From a virus (Duplodnaviria; Caudoviricetes): DNA of 64,000 bases. The stretch spans positions 6,116 through 70,115 of the IMG/VR virus record IMGVR_UViG_3300032227_000922; one strand, given 5' to 3'. Positions 38,209-47,361 of the stretch are shown here, piece by piece. A model generated the notes under the pieces. That model made no database searches and was not told where the DNA came from. It worked only from the letters and a program-made list of their open reading frames with translations. How positions within the stretch are numbered: position 1 is the stretch's first letter; every line of letters starts with the position of its first letter. Position numbers and translations under genes: made by a program.

Positions 38209-38228
38209 ATTCAGGCACCTTAAAGCCT

Positions 38229-39398
38229 ATGAAGACCAAAAAATTGCAGCCCGTCGTGTACCCGTTCGTGCAGTCAACTCCGTTCGGGAAAGTCAAAATC
38301 TACCGCAACGCCGAAGGCGATCGCACCCGATACATCGTAGCCTGGGTCGATGCCGAGGAGGGGCGGAAGCGAGAGACATTTGCCGAGGAGTTGCAGGCCC
38401 ACCAGCGGGCTGAAGAGTTGATTGAAGACCTAAACAAGGGCGTTTCGTTCCGAAACAACATTAACGCTACCAAGGCCCTTCGTATCGCGGAGTATGAGGC
38501 GTTACTTGCCAAACACGGCAAGACGCTCGGGGATGCCGTTAGGTTCTACCTCCTGGACCTGGAGAAAAAGGTCGAGAACAGGGCAATGGCGTCTGATGCC
38601 GTGGCCCAGTACATGGACAAGTTCGAGACCAAGACGGGACGCCACTACGAAACGGTCAAGTACGTGTTAAAAAAATTCGCCCGTTCTTTTAACAAAACCC
38701 TCTGTTCCATCACGGCGGACGAGCTGGACACTTATTTCCGAGAAATCTCCGCCAGCGGGCGCACCCGGAACAACCACCTGGGGTGCGTGAAGACATTTTT
38801 CAAGTGGGCCCAGGAGCGGAAAGGCTATCTGGCCGAGGGGAAGATGCAAATCGACAAGCTGGAGCCTTACAACGAGGTCACGTCTAAAATCGAGGTGTTC
38901 ACGCCCGAGGAGATCGCCAAGCTGCTCAAGGCGGCGGGCGACAAACTGCGGCCCTACCTGGCCATCGGGGCCTTTGCGGGAGTCCGGAGTGCGGAAATCA
39001 ACCGGCTGAACTGGGAGGACATTGATTTCGACACAAAGATGATAAAACTCTCCTCGGAAATTACCAAAACCAAGCGAAGGAGGCTTGCGACCATGCCGGA
39101 TAATCTGGTTTTGTGGCTGAATACTTATTCCGGAGAAAAAAGCGGGCCGATTGTTGCAGTGCCAACCCGCCTCCACAAAGACATGGCGGAACTATGTAAA
39201 ACGGCCGGGGTTGCGTGGAAAGGTAACGCACTTCGGAAAAGTTACATCAGCTACCGGATGGCGCAGCCCGATGTAACCTCCTACCAAGTAGCCAAGCAGT
39301 GCGGAAACTCCTCAGCAATGGTCGAGGAACACTACAAGGAACTGGTCTCCCCAAAGGTGGCCGACGCATGGTTCTCGGTAACCCCTACCACTTTGTGA
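38229..39398 (+). CDS. int: tyrosine recombinase/integrase
   Basis: GVRSAEI (Arg), TKTK (Lys), NALRKS, GNS, HY (Tyr); N-terminal arm-binding and SAM-like region; start ATG 38229. Confidence 0.92.
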   Translation: MKTKKLQPVVYPFVQSTPFGKVKIYRNAEGDRTRYIVAWVDAEEGRKRETFAEELQAHQRAEELIEDLNKGVSFRNNINATKALRIAEYEALLAKHGKTLGDAVRFYLLDLEKKVENRAMASDAVAQYMDKFETKTGRHYETVKYVLKKFARSFNKTLCSITADELDTYFREISASGRTRNNHLGCVKTFFKWAQERKGYLAEGKMQIDKLEPYNEVTSKIEVFTPEEIAKLLKAAGDKLRPYLAIGAFAGVRSAEINRLNWEDIDFDTKMIKLSSEITKTKRRRLATMPDNLVLWLNTYSGEKSGPIVAVPTRLHKDMAELCKTAGVAWKGNALRKSYISYRMAQPDVTSYQVAKQCGNSSAMVEEHYKELVSPKVADAWFSVTPTTL

Positions 39399-39409
39399 TG
39401 AAATTTCGT

Positions 39410-39422
39410 GCTTGCATACACC
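39410..39422. promoter_or_regulatory. degenerate operator-like site upstream of the RHH gene
   Basis: GCTTGCATACACC; right half-site perfect. Confidence 0.4.
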
Positions 39423-39496
39423 GGGACGTTGTAGTGAAGTACGTTCATAAACCTAAACCTTAATCCGACCCCCCAAGGGAAGGAATGTATGAGACC

Positions 39497-39691
39497 ATGC
39501 CAAACAAAATTGCATCTAATCGCCGTCGTGTAGTATATATCGAAGAAAAAGAGCACTGGGAGATCATTAAGCAGGCGGCTAAGTTTAATGGGATACCCCC
39601 CTCTGCAATAATACGAGTGGCCGTGCATCAAATGTGCGAGCAGCTCCGAAAGCACCCAAAAACCAGATTTATACGACCTATATTTGAATGA
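39497..39691 (+). CDS. ribbon-helix-helix DNA-binding protein
   Basis: Strand RRVVYI, helix EKEHWEIIKQAAKFNG, helix PSAIIRVAVHQMC (CopG/Arc pattern). Confidence 0.65.
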   Translation: MPNKIASNRRRVVYIEEKEHWEIIKQAAKFNGIPPSAIIRVAVHQMCEQLRKHPKTRFIRPIFE

Positions 39692-40020
39692 AACGAACCT
39701 CATCCCTAATCCTTGAAGCGGGTCCATCCCTGCGTATCACGAACCTGACCAACGGTCGGGTGAAAATCGAACTCGAAGAAGTAGATAGCTCCTGCCTTGA
39801 AGCGGCAACCCCGGACACTGTCTATGACAAGAGTGGGCTCTCCAAGAGGCTGGGGGTGAGCAAGCGTTCCATTGACAACTATATCCGTCAACCTAGGCAC
39901 CCTCTGCCCTATACCATTTCGATGGGTAGGGCACGGTTCCTGGAGACGGACGTCATCAAGTGGCTCCAGGAGGGGGCCTCTCCAGCTGCCCGCAGGGCAA
40001 AAGCACGACTAGGGCTGTGA
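39688..40020 (+). CDS. xis: excisionase-like winged HTH protein
   Basis: [26 protein letters not shown]....[14 protein letters not shown]; near int. Confidence 0.75.
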   Translation: MKRTSSLILEAGPSLRITNLTNGRVKIELEEVDSSCLEAATPDTVYDKSGLSKRLGVSKRSIDNYIRQPRHPLPYTISMGRARFLETDVIKWLQEGASPAARRAKARLGL

Positions 40021-41165
40021 AGCATCGATTCCACGTTCTCGGTGTCCCCCACACCGTCTCCAGCAAGGAGTACGTCGCGTGCGCCTTCACCCAAAAAGTA
40101 GTCAAGTTCTGCGAGATGATGAAATCTCGGGGCCACGGTATCATACACTACGGCCATGCAGATAGCACGGTTGCGTGCGATGAAAAAGTACCAGTGACTA
40201 CCAATGCCGACCTGGAGGCAGCCTATGGCACCTACGACTGGAAGAACAACCAGTTCAAGTTCGACATGAACGACGCTGCCTACCAGGCGTTCTTTACCAA
40301 CTCAATTCGTGAGATCGGGAAGCGAAAGCAGCCCGGAGACTTCCTACTCTGTTTCTGGGGCGGCGGGGTCAAACCGGTAGCCGATGCCCACAGCGACATG
40401 CTCGTCGTGGAGCCGGGGATCGGGTACCCGGGAGGGGTTTTCGCTCCCTATCGGGTTTTCGAGAGCCAGTGGGTCATGGCTGCATGGTTCGGGATGCAGG
40501 CGGTTGCCACCTGCGACCACTATTCCTGGTACGACGCGGTGATCCCGAATTACTTCGACCCAAATGATTTCACCTACAGCTCCGACAAGGACGATTATTT
40601 CCTGCACCTTGGGCGCATCGGCCACAACAAAGGGCTGCACATCGCCATCCAGGCTACCGAAGCGATCGGGGCAAAGTTAATCGTAGCGGGGCAAGGCACA
40701 GACCTGAAGCCTCTCGGCATTGATTACATCCCGCCGCACGTGGAGATGTTCGGCCACGCGGACGTGGACGCCCGGAAGAGGCTCATGAGCAGGGCCAAGG
40801 GGTTCTTCCTACTGTCGCAGTACGGCGAGCCGTTTGGCGGGGCCCAGATTGAGGCCATGCTTTCAGGTACGCCGGTCATCAGCACCGACTGGGGCTGCTT
40901 TGGCGAACTCAACCTGCACGGGATTACCGGCTACCGCTGCCGGACGTTTGAGCACATCACCTGGGCAGCCAGGAACATTCACAAAATACAACCCGCTGAC
41001 TGCCGGACATGGGCTGGAAACTTCACAATGGAGAAGGTGGCTGGAATGTATGAGGAGTACTTCGACAACATTGCAAAAATCCATAACGGATCGAAAGGAT
41101 GGTACGAGCCCAACCCGGATCGGACGAATCTGGACTGGCTCAAGCGCGAATATCCCTGGGCATGA
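40017..41165 (+). CDS. GT-B glycosyltransferase (family 4-like)
   Basis: GRIGHNKG; [18 protein letters not shown] (EX7E); GTG start overlapping the xis stop. Confidence 0.88.
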   Translation: MKHRFHVLGVPHTVSSKEYVACAFTQKVVKFCEMMKSRGHGIIHYGHADSTVACDEKVPVTTNADLEAAYGTYDWKNNQFKFDMNDAAYQAFFTNSIREIGKRKQPGDFLLCFWGGGVKPVADAHSDMLVVEPGIGYPGGVFAPYRVFESQWVMAAWFGMQAVATCDHYSWYDAVIPNYFDPNDFTYSSDKDDYFLHLGRIGHNKGLHIAIQATEAIGAKLIVAGQGTDLKPLGIDYIPPHVEMFGHADVDARKRLMSRAKGFFLLSQYGEPFGGAQIEAMLSGTPVISTDWGCFGELNLHGITGYRCRTFEHITWAARNIHKIQPADCRTWAGNFTMEKVAGMYEEYFDNIAKIHNGSKGWYEPNPDRTNLDWLKREYPWA

Positions 41166-41608
41166 CGATCCTCTCACTCGACCTCGCAACTCAGACCGGC
41201 TGGGCCTACAAGTCCTGCGGGCTGATCTCGTCTGGAACCGAGGGGTTCAAGCTCAAAAAGAACGACGGTCCCGGCGTACGGTTCCATAAGTTCCGGTCCT
41301 GGCTGCGCGAGCAGTTTGAGATTATCAAGCCCGAAAAGGTGGTGTATGAGGAGGTCATGCGTTGGAGCAGCGGAGCGGCGGCCAAGTGCTACTGCGGGCT
41401 GCTGGCAATCCTCCAGACCGAGTGCGAAAGCAAGGGTATTCCTTACGAAGGCGTGCATGTAGGCACCATTAAGAAGTCGGCCACCGGCAAGGGCAACGCC
41501 ACAAAGGAGCAGATGATCCAGGCCGCAATGGAGCAGGGATTCAAGCCGCAGGATGACAACGAAGCGGATGCAATTCACCTCTTGCTTCTTTCCTTGAAGC
41601 AGGGGTAA
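41162..41608 (+). CDS. RuvC-like Holliday junction resolvase
   Basis: [38 protein letters not shown]. Confidence 0.88.
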   Translation: MTILSLDLATQTGWAYKSCGLISSGTEGFKLKKNDGPGVRFHKFRSWLREQFEIIKPEKVVYEEVMRWSSGAAAKCYCGLLAILQTECESKGIPYEGVHVGTIKKSATGKGNATKEQMIQAAMEQGFKPQDDNEADAIHLLLLSLKQG

Positions 41609-41614
41609 TATACC
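41602..41614. promoter_or_regulatory. operator-like palindrome overlapping a -10-like TAATAT
   Basis: GGGGTAATATACC; TTGCTT lies 18 nt upstream of the TAATAT. Confidence 0.55.
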
Positions 41615-41633
41615 GCACCCCTTAAACACCCCT

Positions 41634-41879
41634 ATGAAAGCAGCAATTCAGGAACGCCTAGAACCCCACATGATGACCCTTGACGGGTTTGACGATTGCA
41701 TCATCGGCCTCGCCGAACGGTGCGGACAAGACAACCTTTTGGCCTACGACGCCAATAAGATTTTCAAAAAGCTCGTGAAGCAGGGAATGACCGAGGAAGA
41801 AGCGGTCGAATATTTCTACTTCAATATTTCCGGAGCCTACGTCGGCAAGGGAACCCCCGTCTTCATCCACAAGCTATGA
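41634..41879 (+). CDS. conserved phage hypothetical protein
   Basis: DGFDDCIIG...GMTEEEAVEYFYFNISGAYVG..TP motif. Confidence 0.75.
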   Translation: MKAAIQERLEPHMMTLDGFDDCIIGLAERCGQDNLLAYDANKIFKKLVKQGMTEEEAVEYFYFNISGAYVGKGTPVFIHKL

Positions 41880-42187
41880 GAAGTGGAAACTCCTACATCC
41901 CTCACAAGTCCGGCCAGCGGCTGCGGAACATCCATCCCCGATCCGCGTGCCAGGGCGACTACTGCCCCGTTCATAATTGGAGCGACCACCACATGGTCGA
42001 CTGGGAGCAGCATTGGAGAGAAGACAAGCGGTGCTTTGAGCGAATCTGCCCAGAGCACGGGGTGGGGCATCCCGATCCCGATGATATCTATTATCGGCGC
42101 AGTGAGTACGCAGGAGTCCACGGCTGCTGCGGCTGTTGCGCCAAACCACAACCTGAACCAAACCACGACATCCTGAAAACCGTATGA
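41876..42187 (+). CDS. His/Cys-rich conserved phage protein
   Basis: HPRSAC.G.YCPVH..SDHHM...ERICPEHGVGHPDPD. Confidence 0.75.
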   Translation: MRSGNSYIPHKSGQRLRNIHPRSACQGDYCPVHNWSDHHMVDWEQHWREDKRCFERICPEHGVGHPDPDDIYYRRSEYAGVHGCCGCCAKPQPEPNHDILKTV

Positions 42188-42324
42188 GCGACGCACGAGC
42201 AGAACGCAACTGGAAGATGGCCAACTCGGCCAGTGAAAATAAGACCCGCCCCGCGACCAAAGAATACCTGGACAACTACGACCGGATATTCCGCAAGAGG
42301 CCCGTCAGGAAGATAAAGAAATGA
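42184..42324 (+). CDS. 46-aa hypothetical protein; not in ORF track
   Basis: ATGA overlaps at both ends; YLDNYDRIFRK motif. Confidence 0.6.
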   Translation: MSDARAERNWKMANSASENKTRPATKEYLDNYDRIFRKRPVRKIKK

Positions 42325-42638
42325 CCTGCGCGAAGACTCAGGTCACCTGCATGCTGGTGACTCCGTGCGGAGAGCAATTCATCGGAACCAACGCCTGCCA
42401 CAACCCACAGGAGGTTTGCCCCCGCGACCCCTTCGAGGGTTACCAAAAATGCGTGACCATCTGCAAACAGCCGGGGCACGCGGAAGAAATGGCCCTAGCT
42501 AGGGCGGGAGAGAAAGCCCGTGGAGCCAGAGCTTTTATTCACGGCATCACCCACGTGTGCCGCCAATGCCAAGAAAAACTATTCGCCGCCGGAGTGGAAT
42601 CATTCGCGGTGGTGAAGGAACTACCCGTAATCGAATGA
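42321..42638 (+). CDS. dCMP deaminase-like zinc deaminase
   Basis: GHAEEMAL and HVCRQC zinc ligands. Confidence 0.8.
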   Translation: MTCAKTQVTCMLVTPCGEQFIGTNACHNPQEVCPRDPFEGYQKCVTICKQPGHAEEMALARAGEKARGARAFIHGITHVCRQCQEKLFAAGVESFAVVKELPVIE

Positions 42639-42901
42639 CACCAGAACCCCAAGAATGCCACTATTGCACCAGTCCGGGATGGGCTGGAAACCCCCGAAAA
42701 TTCTACTCGTGTGGAACCAGGAGAAACTCCTTGTTCACACGCAGGACGGATGAATGCCGGAGAAGGGAGGCTTCCCTCTATGTAAAGGGAGCCCTCTCCC
42801 AAATCCTGAACGCCGACCGAGAGGTAATAAAAAACGTCATCCGAGGGATGGCGGCAGAAGTTGTGCAGGAAGACCTAAAGAACCAAACCCCCAGTGTATG
42901 A
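42635..42901 (+). CDS. zinc-ribbon protein
   Basis: Start ATG 42635; CHYC...YSCG...RTDECRRREA. Confidence 0.6.
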   Translation: MTPEPQECHYCTSPGWAGNPRKFYSCGTRRNSLFTRRTDECRRREASLYVKGALSQILNADREVIKNVIRGMAAEVVQEDLKNQTPSV

Positions 42902-43437
42902 AACCACTACTTAAGAAAGCATCGCTCGTGGCCCTGTGCGGCCAGGCTGGTAGCGGAAAATCAACCTCCGCAGAAATTCTGATGAATGAGTACGGGTACC
43001 AGCGAATCAAGTTCGCGGGGCCCCTCAAGTCAATGCTCCGAGCGTTGGGCCTGACTCACGACCACCTGGAGGGAGATCTCAAAGAAATCCCATGCGACCT
43101 ACTGGGAGGAAAAACTCCACGACAAGCCATGCAAAGCCTAGGTACGGAATGGGGCCGTGACACGATCCACCCGGACCTGTGGACCAGGGCGTGGAAGCAC
43201 AAGGCGCAGGCGTACCTGGACGGAGGGATCGACGTAGTGGTAGACGACTGCAGGTTCCCAAATGAGCTGCGGGCAGTCCGGGAATTGGGCGGAGTTTCGG
43301 TCATGATCGAGCGTCCGGGAACGGCCCTAGTCAACCACCATATCTCCGAGCAATACGTCATAGAAACCGACTTCACGATCGTGAACGACGGAGCTTTAGG
43401 AGACCTGAAGCGCAACCTTAACAACATAATCTCATGA
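42898..43437 (+). CDS. deoxynucleoside monophosphate kinase
   Basis: GQAGSGKST, TPRQAMQSLGTEWGR, VVDDCRFPNE. Confidence 0.9.
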   Translation: MKPLLKKASLVALCGQAGSGKSTSAEILMNEYGYQRIKFAGPLKSMLRALGLTHDHLEGDLKEIPCDLLGGKTPRQAMQSLGTEWGRDTIHPDLWTRAWKHKAQAYLDGGIDVVVDDCRFPNELRAVRELGGVSVMIERPGTALVNHHISEQYVIETDFTIVNDGALGDLKRNLNNIIS

Positions 43438-43793
43438 GATTAAACGCCAACCTTACTGATGCTTATCAAAAGGCCCTGTCTCAATCCGGACTTGGGCAGT
43501 ACACCTCCAGCAACAGCACCTACACGTACCCGAACTTTGGCCCAGACCCCTACTTCCCCAACGTGACGGGCTCGGAGCCCAAGTATCCGGGGCACCAGTG
43601 CGAGACGTACGGAGAGTTCCGCACGTTCATTCGGGGAAGCTCCGACGTGCCGCAGTGGGTCAAGGAAATCGTCGAGAAACTCGATGTGAATGATCCGTGG
43701 ATGGCCGAGATGTGGTCGGGAATCTTTAGTCGATGGTCCCAGCGCAGAGTAGGCGAAATCAACAACGCGGCCAAACGACTCACTGCGAAATGA
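43434..43793 (+). CDS. hypothetical protein
   Basis: ATGA-coupled 119-aa ORF. Confidence 0.6.
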   Translation: MRLNANLTDAYQKALSQSGLGQYTSSNSTYTYPNFGPDPYFPNVTGSEPKYPGHQCETYGEFRTFIRGSSDVPQWVKEIVEKLDVNDPWMAEMWSGIFSRWSQRRVGEINNAAKRLTAK

Positions 43794-44008
43794 AGGCCAC
43801 CCTGGAATTTAACCTACCCGAAGAGGAGCGGGAGCACCTGGACGCTGTCAATGGTACCAAGTGGAAAATCCTGCTCAGTGACTTCGATCAAACCCTTCGC
43901 AGATACCTTAAACACGGCCACAACTTCGACAACGTCGAGGACTGCCTGTCCAAACTGCGTGCCGAGCTGCATCAGGACATCCAGGTAGAAGGCCTTTCGT
44001 TTGAATGA
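43790..44008 (+). CDS. conserved phage hypothetical protein
   Basis: MKATLEFNLPEE motif; start ATG 43790. Confidence 0.7.
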   Translation: MKATLEFNLPEEEREHLDAVNGTKWKILLSDFDQTLRRYLKHGHNFDNVEDCLSKLRAELHQDIQVEGLSFE

Positions 44009-45297
44009 AAACCCTTTACGATCGACAGGAGCAACATGTCCGCTACCTCTGCGGACTGTTGGAGAAATATGGTTCCGCGCTGGACAGCTCCGAGACGGGG
44101 ACCGGAAAGACCGTGTGCGGGTCCGAAGTGGCCCGTGTGTGCAGTGCCCCGGTACTTGTAGTCTGCCCCAAGGCCGTGATCCCATCCTGGGAACGCGAGC
44201 TGAAGGAGCGCGGGATCAAGAACTTCAACGTGATCAACTACGAGAAGCTCCGCACCGGCAAGACCAAGTTCGGCAAGTGGACGCCCGGCAAAAAGAAGTG
44301 GCTGTGGACCATGCCGGAGTCGCTGATCATTTTCGACGAGGCGCACAAATGCAGCGGTGCTTTCACCCAGAACGCCAAGATGCTGATCGAGGCGAAGGAC
44401 AATCATGCGGTGCTGATGCTCTCGGCAACCATCGCCAACAACCCGCTGCAAATGCGGGCGGCGGGCTGGGTGCTGGGCAGCCATATGCTCGGGAACTATT
44501 GGCAGTGGTGCTTTAAATACGGCTGCTCCAAAAACCGTTGGAACGGCGTTGAGTTTACGGGAACCGAGTCGCACATCCGTGCGCTGGGACAGTCGATCTC
44601 ACACCGCTGCGCCCGCATGACCGCCGCTGAACTTGCCGATCATTTCGCGGAGACTCAGATTATCACCGAGCCCCTGGCTTTTGGCGAAGAGATCGACAAG
44701 ATCTATGCTGAAATGGAAAAGGAGTTGACGGAATTGGAGGAAGCGGCCAAGGGCGACAGCACGAATAAAGCGGCTGAAGCTCTAGTGGCGCAGCTCCGCG
44801 CAAGACAGCGTGTCGAACTGCTCAAGGTCCCCTTCATGGTAGAAATGGCCGACGACCTTGTGGCCGAAGGAAAATCCGTAGCTATCTTCGTCAACTTCAA
44901 GCAGACCCTGGAGGCCCTCACCGAGAAGCTGGGGATCACGGCGCAGATCCACGGGGATCAGACGGCCGAGGAAAGGCAGCGTCACATCGACAGCTTCCAA
45001 AACGACCAGGACCGCACGATCGTTTGCAATATTGCAGCGGGCGGAGTCGGTATCTCGTTGCATGACGTCACAGGCAAGCATCCGCGAGCTGCAATCATTA
45101 GCCCGAGCTGGAACGAGAAAGACATCATCCAGGTAATTGGACGCGTCCATCGCGCCGGTGGTAAGACACCGTCAATGCAGCGGATTCTGTTTGCGGCCGG
45201 TACGGTTGAGGAAAGGGTTCAACAGTCTGTCAACGCAAAAATAAAAAGATTGAAGACCCTGAACGAAATCTCTTGCGCCGACGCGCCGGGTGCATAA
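44005..45297 (+). CDS. SF2 (SNF2-like) helicase
   Basis: TGTGKT, IIFDEAH, LSAT, QVIGRVHR. Confidence 0.9.
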   Translation: MKTLYDRQEQHVRYLCGLLEKYGSALDSSETGTGKTVCGSEVARVCSAPVLVVCPKAVIPSWERELKERGIKNFNVINYEKLRTGKTKFGKWTPGKKKWLWTMPESLIIFDEAHKCSGAFTQNAKMLIEAKDNHAVLMLSATIANNPLQMRAAGWVLGSHMLGNYWQWCFKYGCSKNRWNGVEFTGTESHIRALGQSISHRCARMTAAELADHFAETQIITEPLAFGEEIDKIYAEMEKELTELEEAAKGDSTNKAAEALVAQLRARQRVELLKVPFMVEMADDLVAEGKSVAIFVNFKQTLEALTEKLGITAQIHGDQTAEERQRHIDSFQNDQDRTIVCNIAAGGVGISLHDVTGKHPRAAIISPSWNEKDIIQVIGRVHRAGGKTPSMQRILFAAGTVEERVQQSVNAKIKRLKTLNEISCADAPGA

Positions 45298-45324
45298 TAT
45301 ACCCCGCACATCCTTCAACACCCT

Positions 45325-46437
45325 ATGTCGCAGATCATCACCCACAAAGACTCCGCCTCCCGCCCACACGCTCAATATGGCCCATCATCCCTCAAAATGT
45401 ACGAGTCGTGCCCATCGTACCAACCACGTGGCGGCACCAACGCAATCGCTGAAGCGGGAACCCGCATCCACGAAGCGGTCGAGAAAGAAGACCCCACAAC
45501 CTTGGTCGACGAGGTGGAACGTTCGCTTGCAGAATGGGCTCTCGCATTTCTGGCTCACGTCCGAAGAGAGAAGTCAGCTTCGACTAATCTGGTCGCTGAC
45601 CATAAGGAAATTTTTCTTGAAATGCAGCTTGGCGATCACAGCACTTATGGAACTTGTGACGTTCTCGATCTTTATAACAACGGAACTGGTGTCCTCCTCG
45701 ACTGGAAATTCGGGTTCGGGGGAGTTCCCGACGCGGAGGTTAACGCCCAAGTCCAGGCCTATGCCTATGGAGCGTTCCAAAAATTCCCCGATCTCAACGA
45801 GCTGGCTTGCTACCTGGTCCTCCCCCGGAGGCAGGAAATAACCCATGCAATTTACCAGCGATCCGATATGGGTCGGATTCGTCTTCGTCTTAGCACTATT
45901 ATTGCTCGGGCGAAACTCGCCGAAGAATACAACCCCACCGAGGGGGTTTGCGACTACTGCTCTAATCAAGGCCGTTGCAAAGCTCTCGCAGAGAAAGCCC
46001 TTGTCATTGGCCAGAAGGCGGGTTTTGAAGTTCCGGCCACCCTCTCCCTGAACGGGACCCCGAGGGAGAAGGGACAGCTCAACAAGCTCGCGCAGCTCAT
46101 GGAGGGCTGGGCCGGGGAAGTGAAAAAGGAACTCCTTCGTCAGGCTTTGGAGGAAGACGCGGAGGTGAGCGGATACAAGCTCGACCAGCGTCGTACCCCC
46201 CGCGCAATCAGCAACCCTCTCCTCGGTTACGATGCCGTCAAAGATCTCGTCTCGATTGAAGAATATCTCCTGGCCTGCAAGAGCGTGTCAGTGCCGGAGC
46301 TTGAAAAATTTGTAGCAGAACGTGCTCCTCGCGGACACAAGGCGGAAGCCAAGCAACACCTGGAGGATGTTCTGAAACAAAACGGTGCCCTTCGTGAGGA
46401 GGGCGTCGTGCACCTACTCAAGCCAATCCGGGCTTGA
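45325..46437 (+). CDS. PD-(D/E)XK Cas4-like exonuclease (DUF2800-like)
   Basis: HAQYGPSS..M..SCP, GTRIHE, GTCDV, LLDWKFG, NAQVQAYA, C-terminal CDYC...C. Confidence 0.85.
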   Translation: MSQIITHKDSASRPHAQYGPSSLKMYESCPSYQPRGGTNAIAEAGTRIHEAVEKEDPTTLVDEVERSLAEWALAFLAHVRREKSASTNLVADHKEIFLEMQLGDHSTYGTCDVLDLYNNGTGVLLDWKFGFGGVPDAEVNAQVQAYAYGAFQKFPDLNELACYLVLPRRQEITHAIYQRSDMGRIRLRLSTIIARAKLAEEYNPTEGVCDYCSNQGRCKALAEKALVIGQKAGFEVPATLSLNGTPREKGQLNKLAQLMEGWAGEVKKELLRQALEEDAEVSGYKLDQRRTPRAISNPLLGYDAVKDLVSIEEYLLACKSVSVPELEKFVAERAPRGHKAEAKQHLEDVLKQNGALREEGVVHLLKPIRA

Positions 46438-46439
46438 GG

Positions 46440-46452
46440 GGTGTATTACACC
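46440..46452. promoter_or_regulatory. perfect 13-bp operator-like palindrome
   Basis: GGTGT-ATT-ACACC between the exonuclease and SSB genes. Confidence 0.7.
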
Positions 46453-46483
46453 ACAGCACAAAGCAAAACAACACACTAACACT

Positions 46484-47233
46484 ATGGCTAAAATTACGTT
46501 TAACCCCACCGGCGGAGCCGAGGCTCCTAAGCCCTCCGACGAAACCCCCAAGAACGTGACTCTCGAAGTCGCCGTTCCACAAAACCAGTCCCTCGCAGTT
46601 TCCGATCCGGTCGCGGCAAGTGGAATATCCCACGACGACATCATTCTTCCTCGCGTTAATCTCGTGCAGAAGAGTGGCAAGCTCTGCGACGACTTCCAGC
46701 CCGGAAGCTTCCTGTTTGAGAAGCAGGTCGTGCTGGCCAAGCCAGGCGAAGAGTTCTCCGCAGTGGTGCTCGGGCACAAGAAGTACTACCAGGAGAAAGT
46801 CGAGTACGGCTCCGACGAGTTCGGCCGCCGCGCCAACTCCGAAGAGGAAGTGCGCGACATCGGAGGCACCACCGTCTGGGGCGTCAACGACAAACCCTAT
46901 TTCCAACCCGTTGCCGACCTGCTTCTGGCGGTCAAGGCTCCGGAGGGAACCGACGAGGCAGCCCTCGATCTCTTCCCCTTCGAGCACAACGGCGAGCATT
47001 ACGCGATCGCTGTCTACACGGTTGCCGCCTCGGCCTACACCTCACTGGCCAAGCGCATCTTCACCGACAGCCTCTACACGCTCAAGGCGGGTCTTCACCT
47101 CGGTGAGTACCACATCAAGAGCGACCTGAAGCGCAATGCTCAGAATAGCTGGTACGTCCCCGTAGCGGGAATGCCCAAGAAGTACAACGACCCCGCGAAG
47201 GCTGAATTCCTCGCAGGATTGAAGAACCTCTAA
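46484..47233 (+). CDS. ssDNA-binding/annealing protein (probable)
   Basis: Between exonuclease and polymerase; IILPRVNLVQKSG..PG motif, beta-rich; start ATG 46484. Confidence 0.55.
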   Translation: MAKITFNPTGGAEAPKPSDETPKNVTLEVAVPQNQSLAVSDPVAASGISHDDIILPRVNLVQKSGKLCDDFQPGSFLFEKQVVLAKPGEEFSAVVLGHKKYYQEKVEYGSDEFGRRANSEEEVRDIGGTTVWGVNDKPYFQPVADLLLAVKAPEGTDEAALDLFPFEHNGEHYAIAVYTVAASAYTSLAKRIFTDSLYTLKAGLHLGEYHIKSDLKRNAQNSWYVPVAGMPKKYNDPAKAEFLAGLKNL

Positions 47234-47242
47234 GACGAATCT

Positions 47243-47345
47243 GGAATCCCAGGCGGAGTAGGAGATGCAGGAGATCTGCATACCGAGTCTTCGGCCGATT
47301 GATGTTCAGGCCCTGTCACTCTAGGTGATCACCGCCTGGGATTCC
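47243..47345 (+). ncRNA. candidate structured RNA / polymerase leader
   Basis: Perfect 14-bp arms GGAATCCCAGGCGG / CCGCCTGGGATTCC enclosing three smaller hairpins. Confidence 0.45.
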
Positions 47346-47361
47346 TCTTCCTAAAACCCCT

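Noticed and set aside
40017-43437. DNA hypermodification cluster
   Set aside because: GT, deaminase and kinase are present, but no base-modifying synthase or hydroxymethylase was seen in the window.
47243-47345. tRNA or hammerhead/HDV/twister ribozyme identity (also considered for 3748-3785)
   Set aside because: No T-loop or anticodon geometry and no CUGAUGA/GAAA or other catalytic core found by eye; kept only as unclassified structures.
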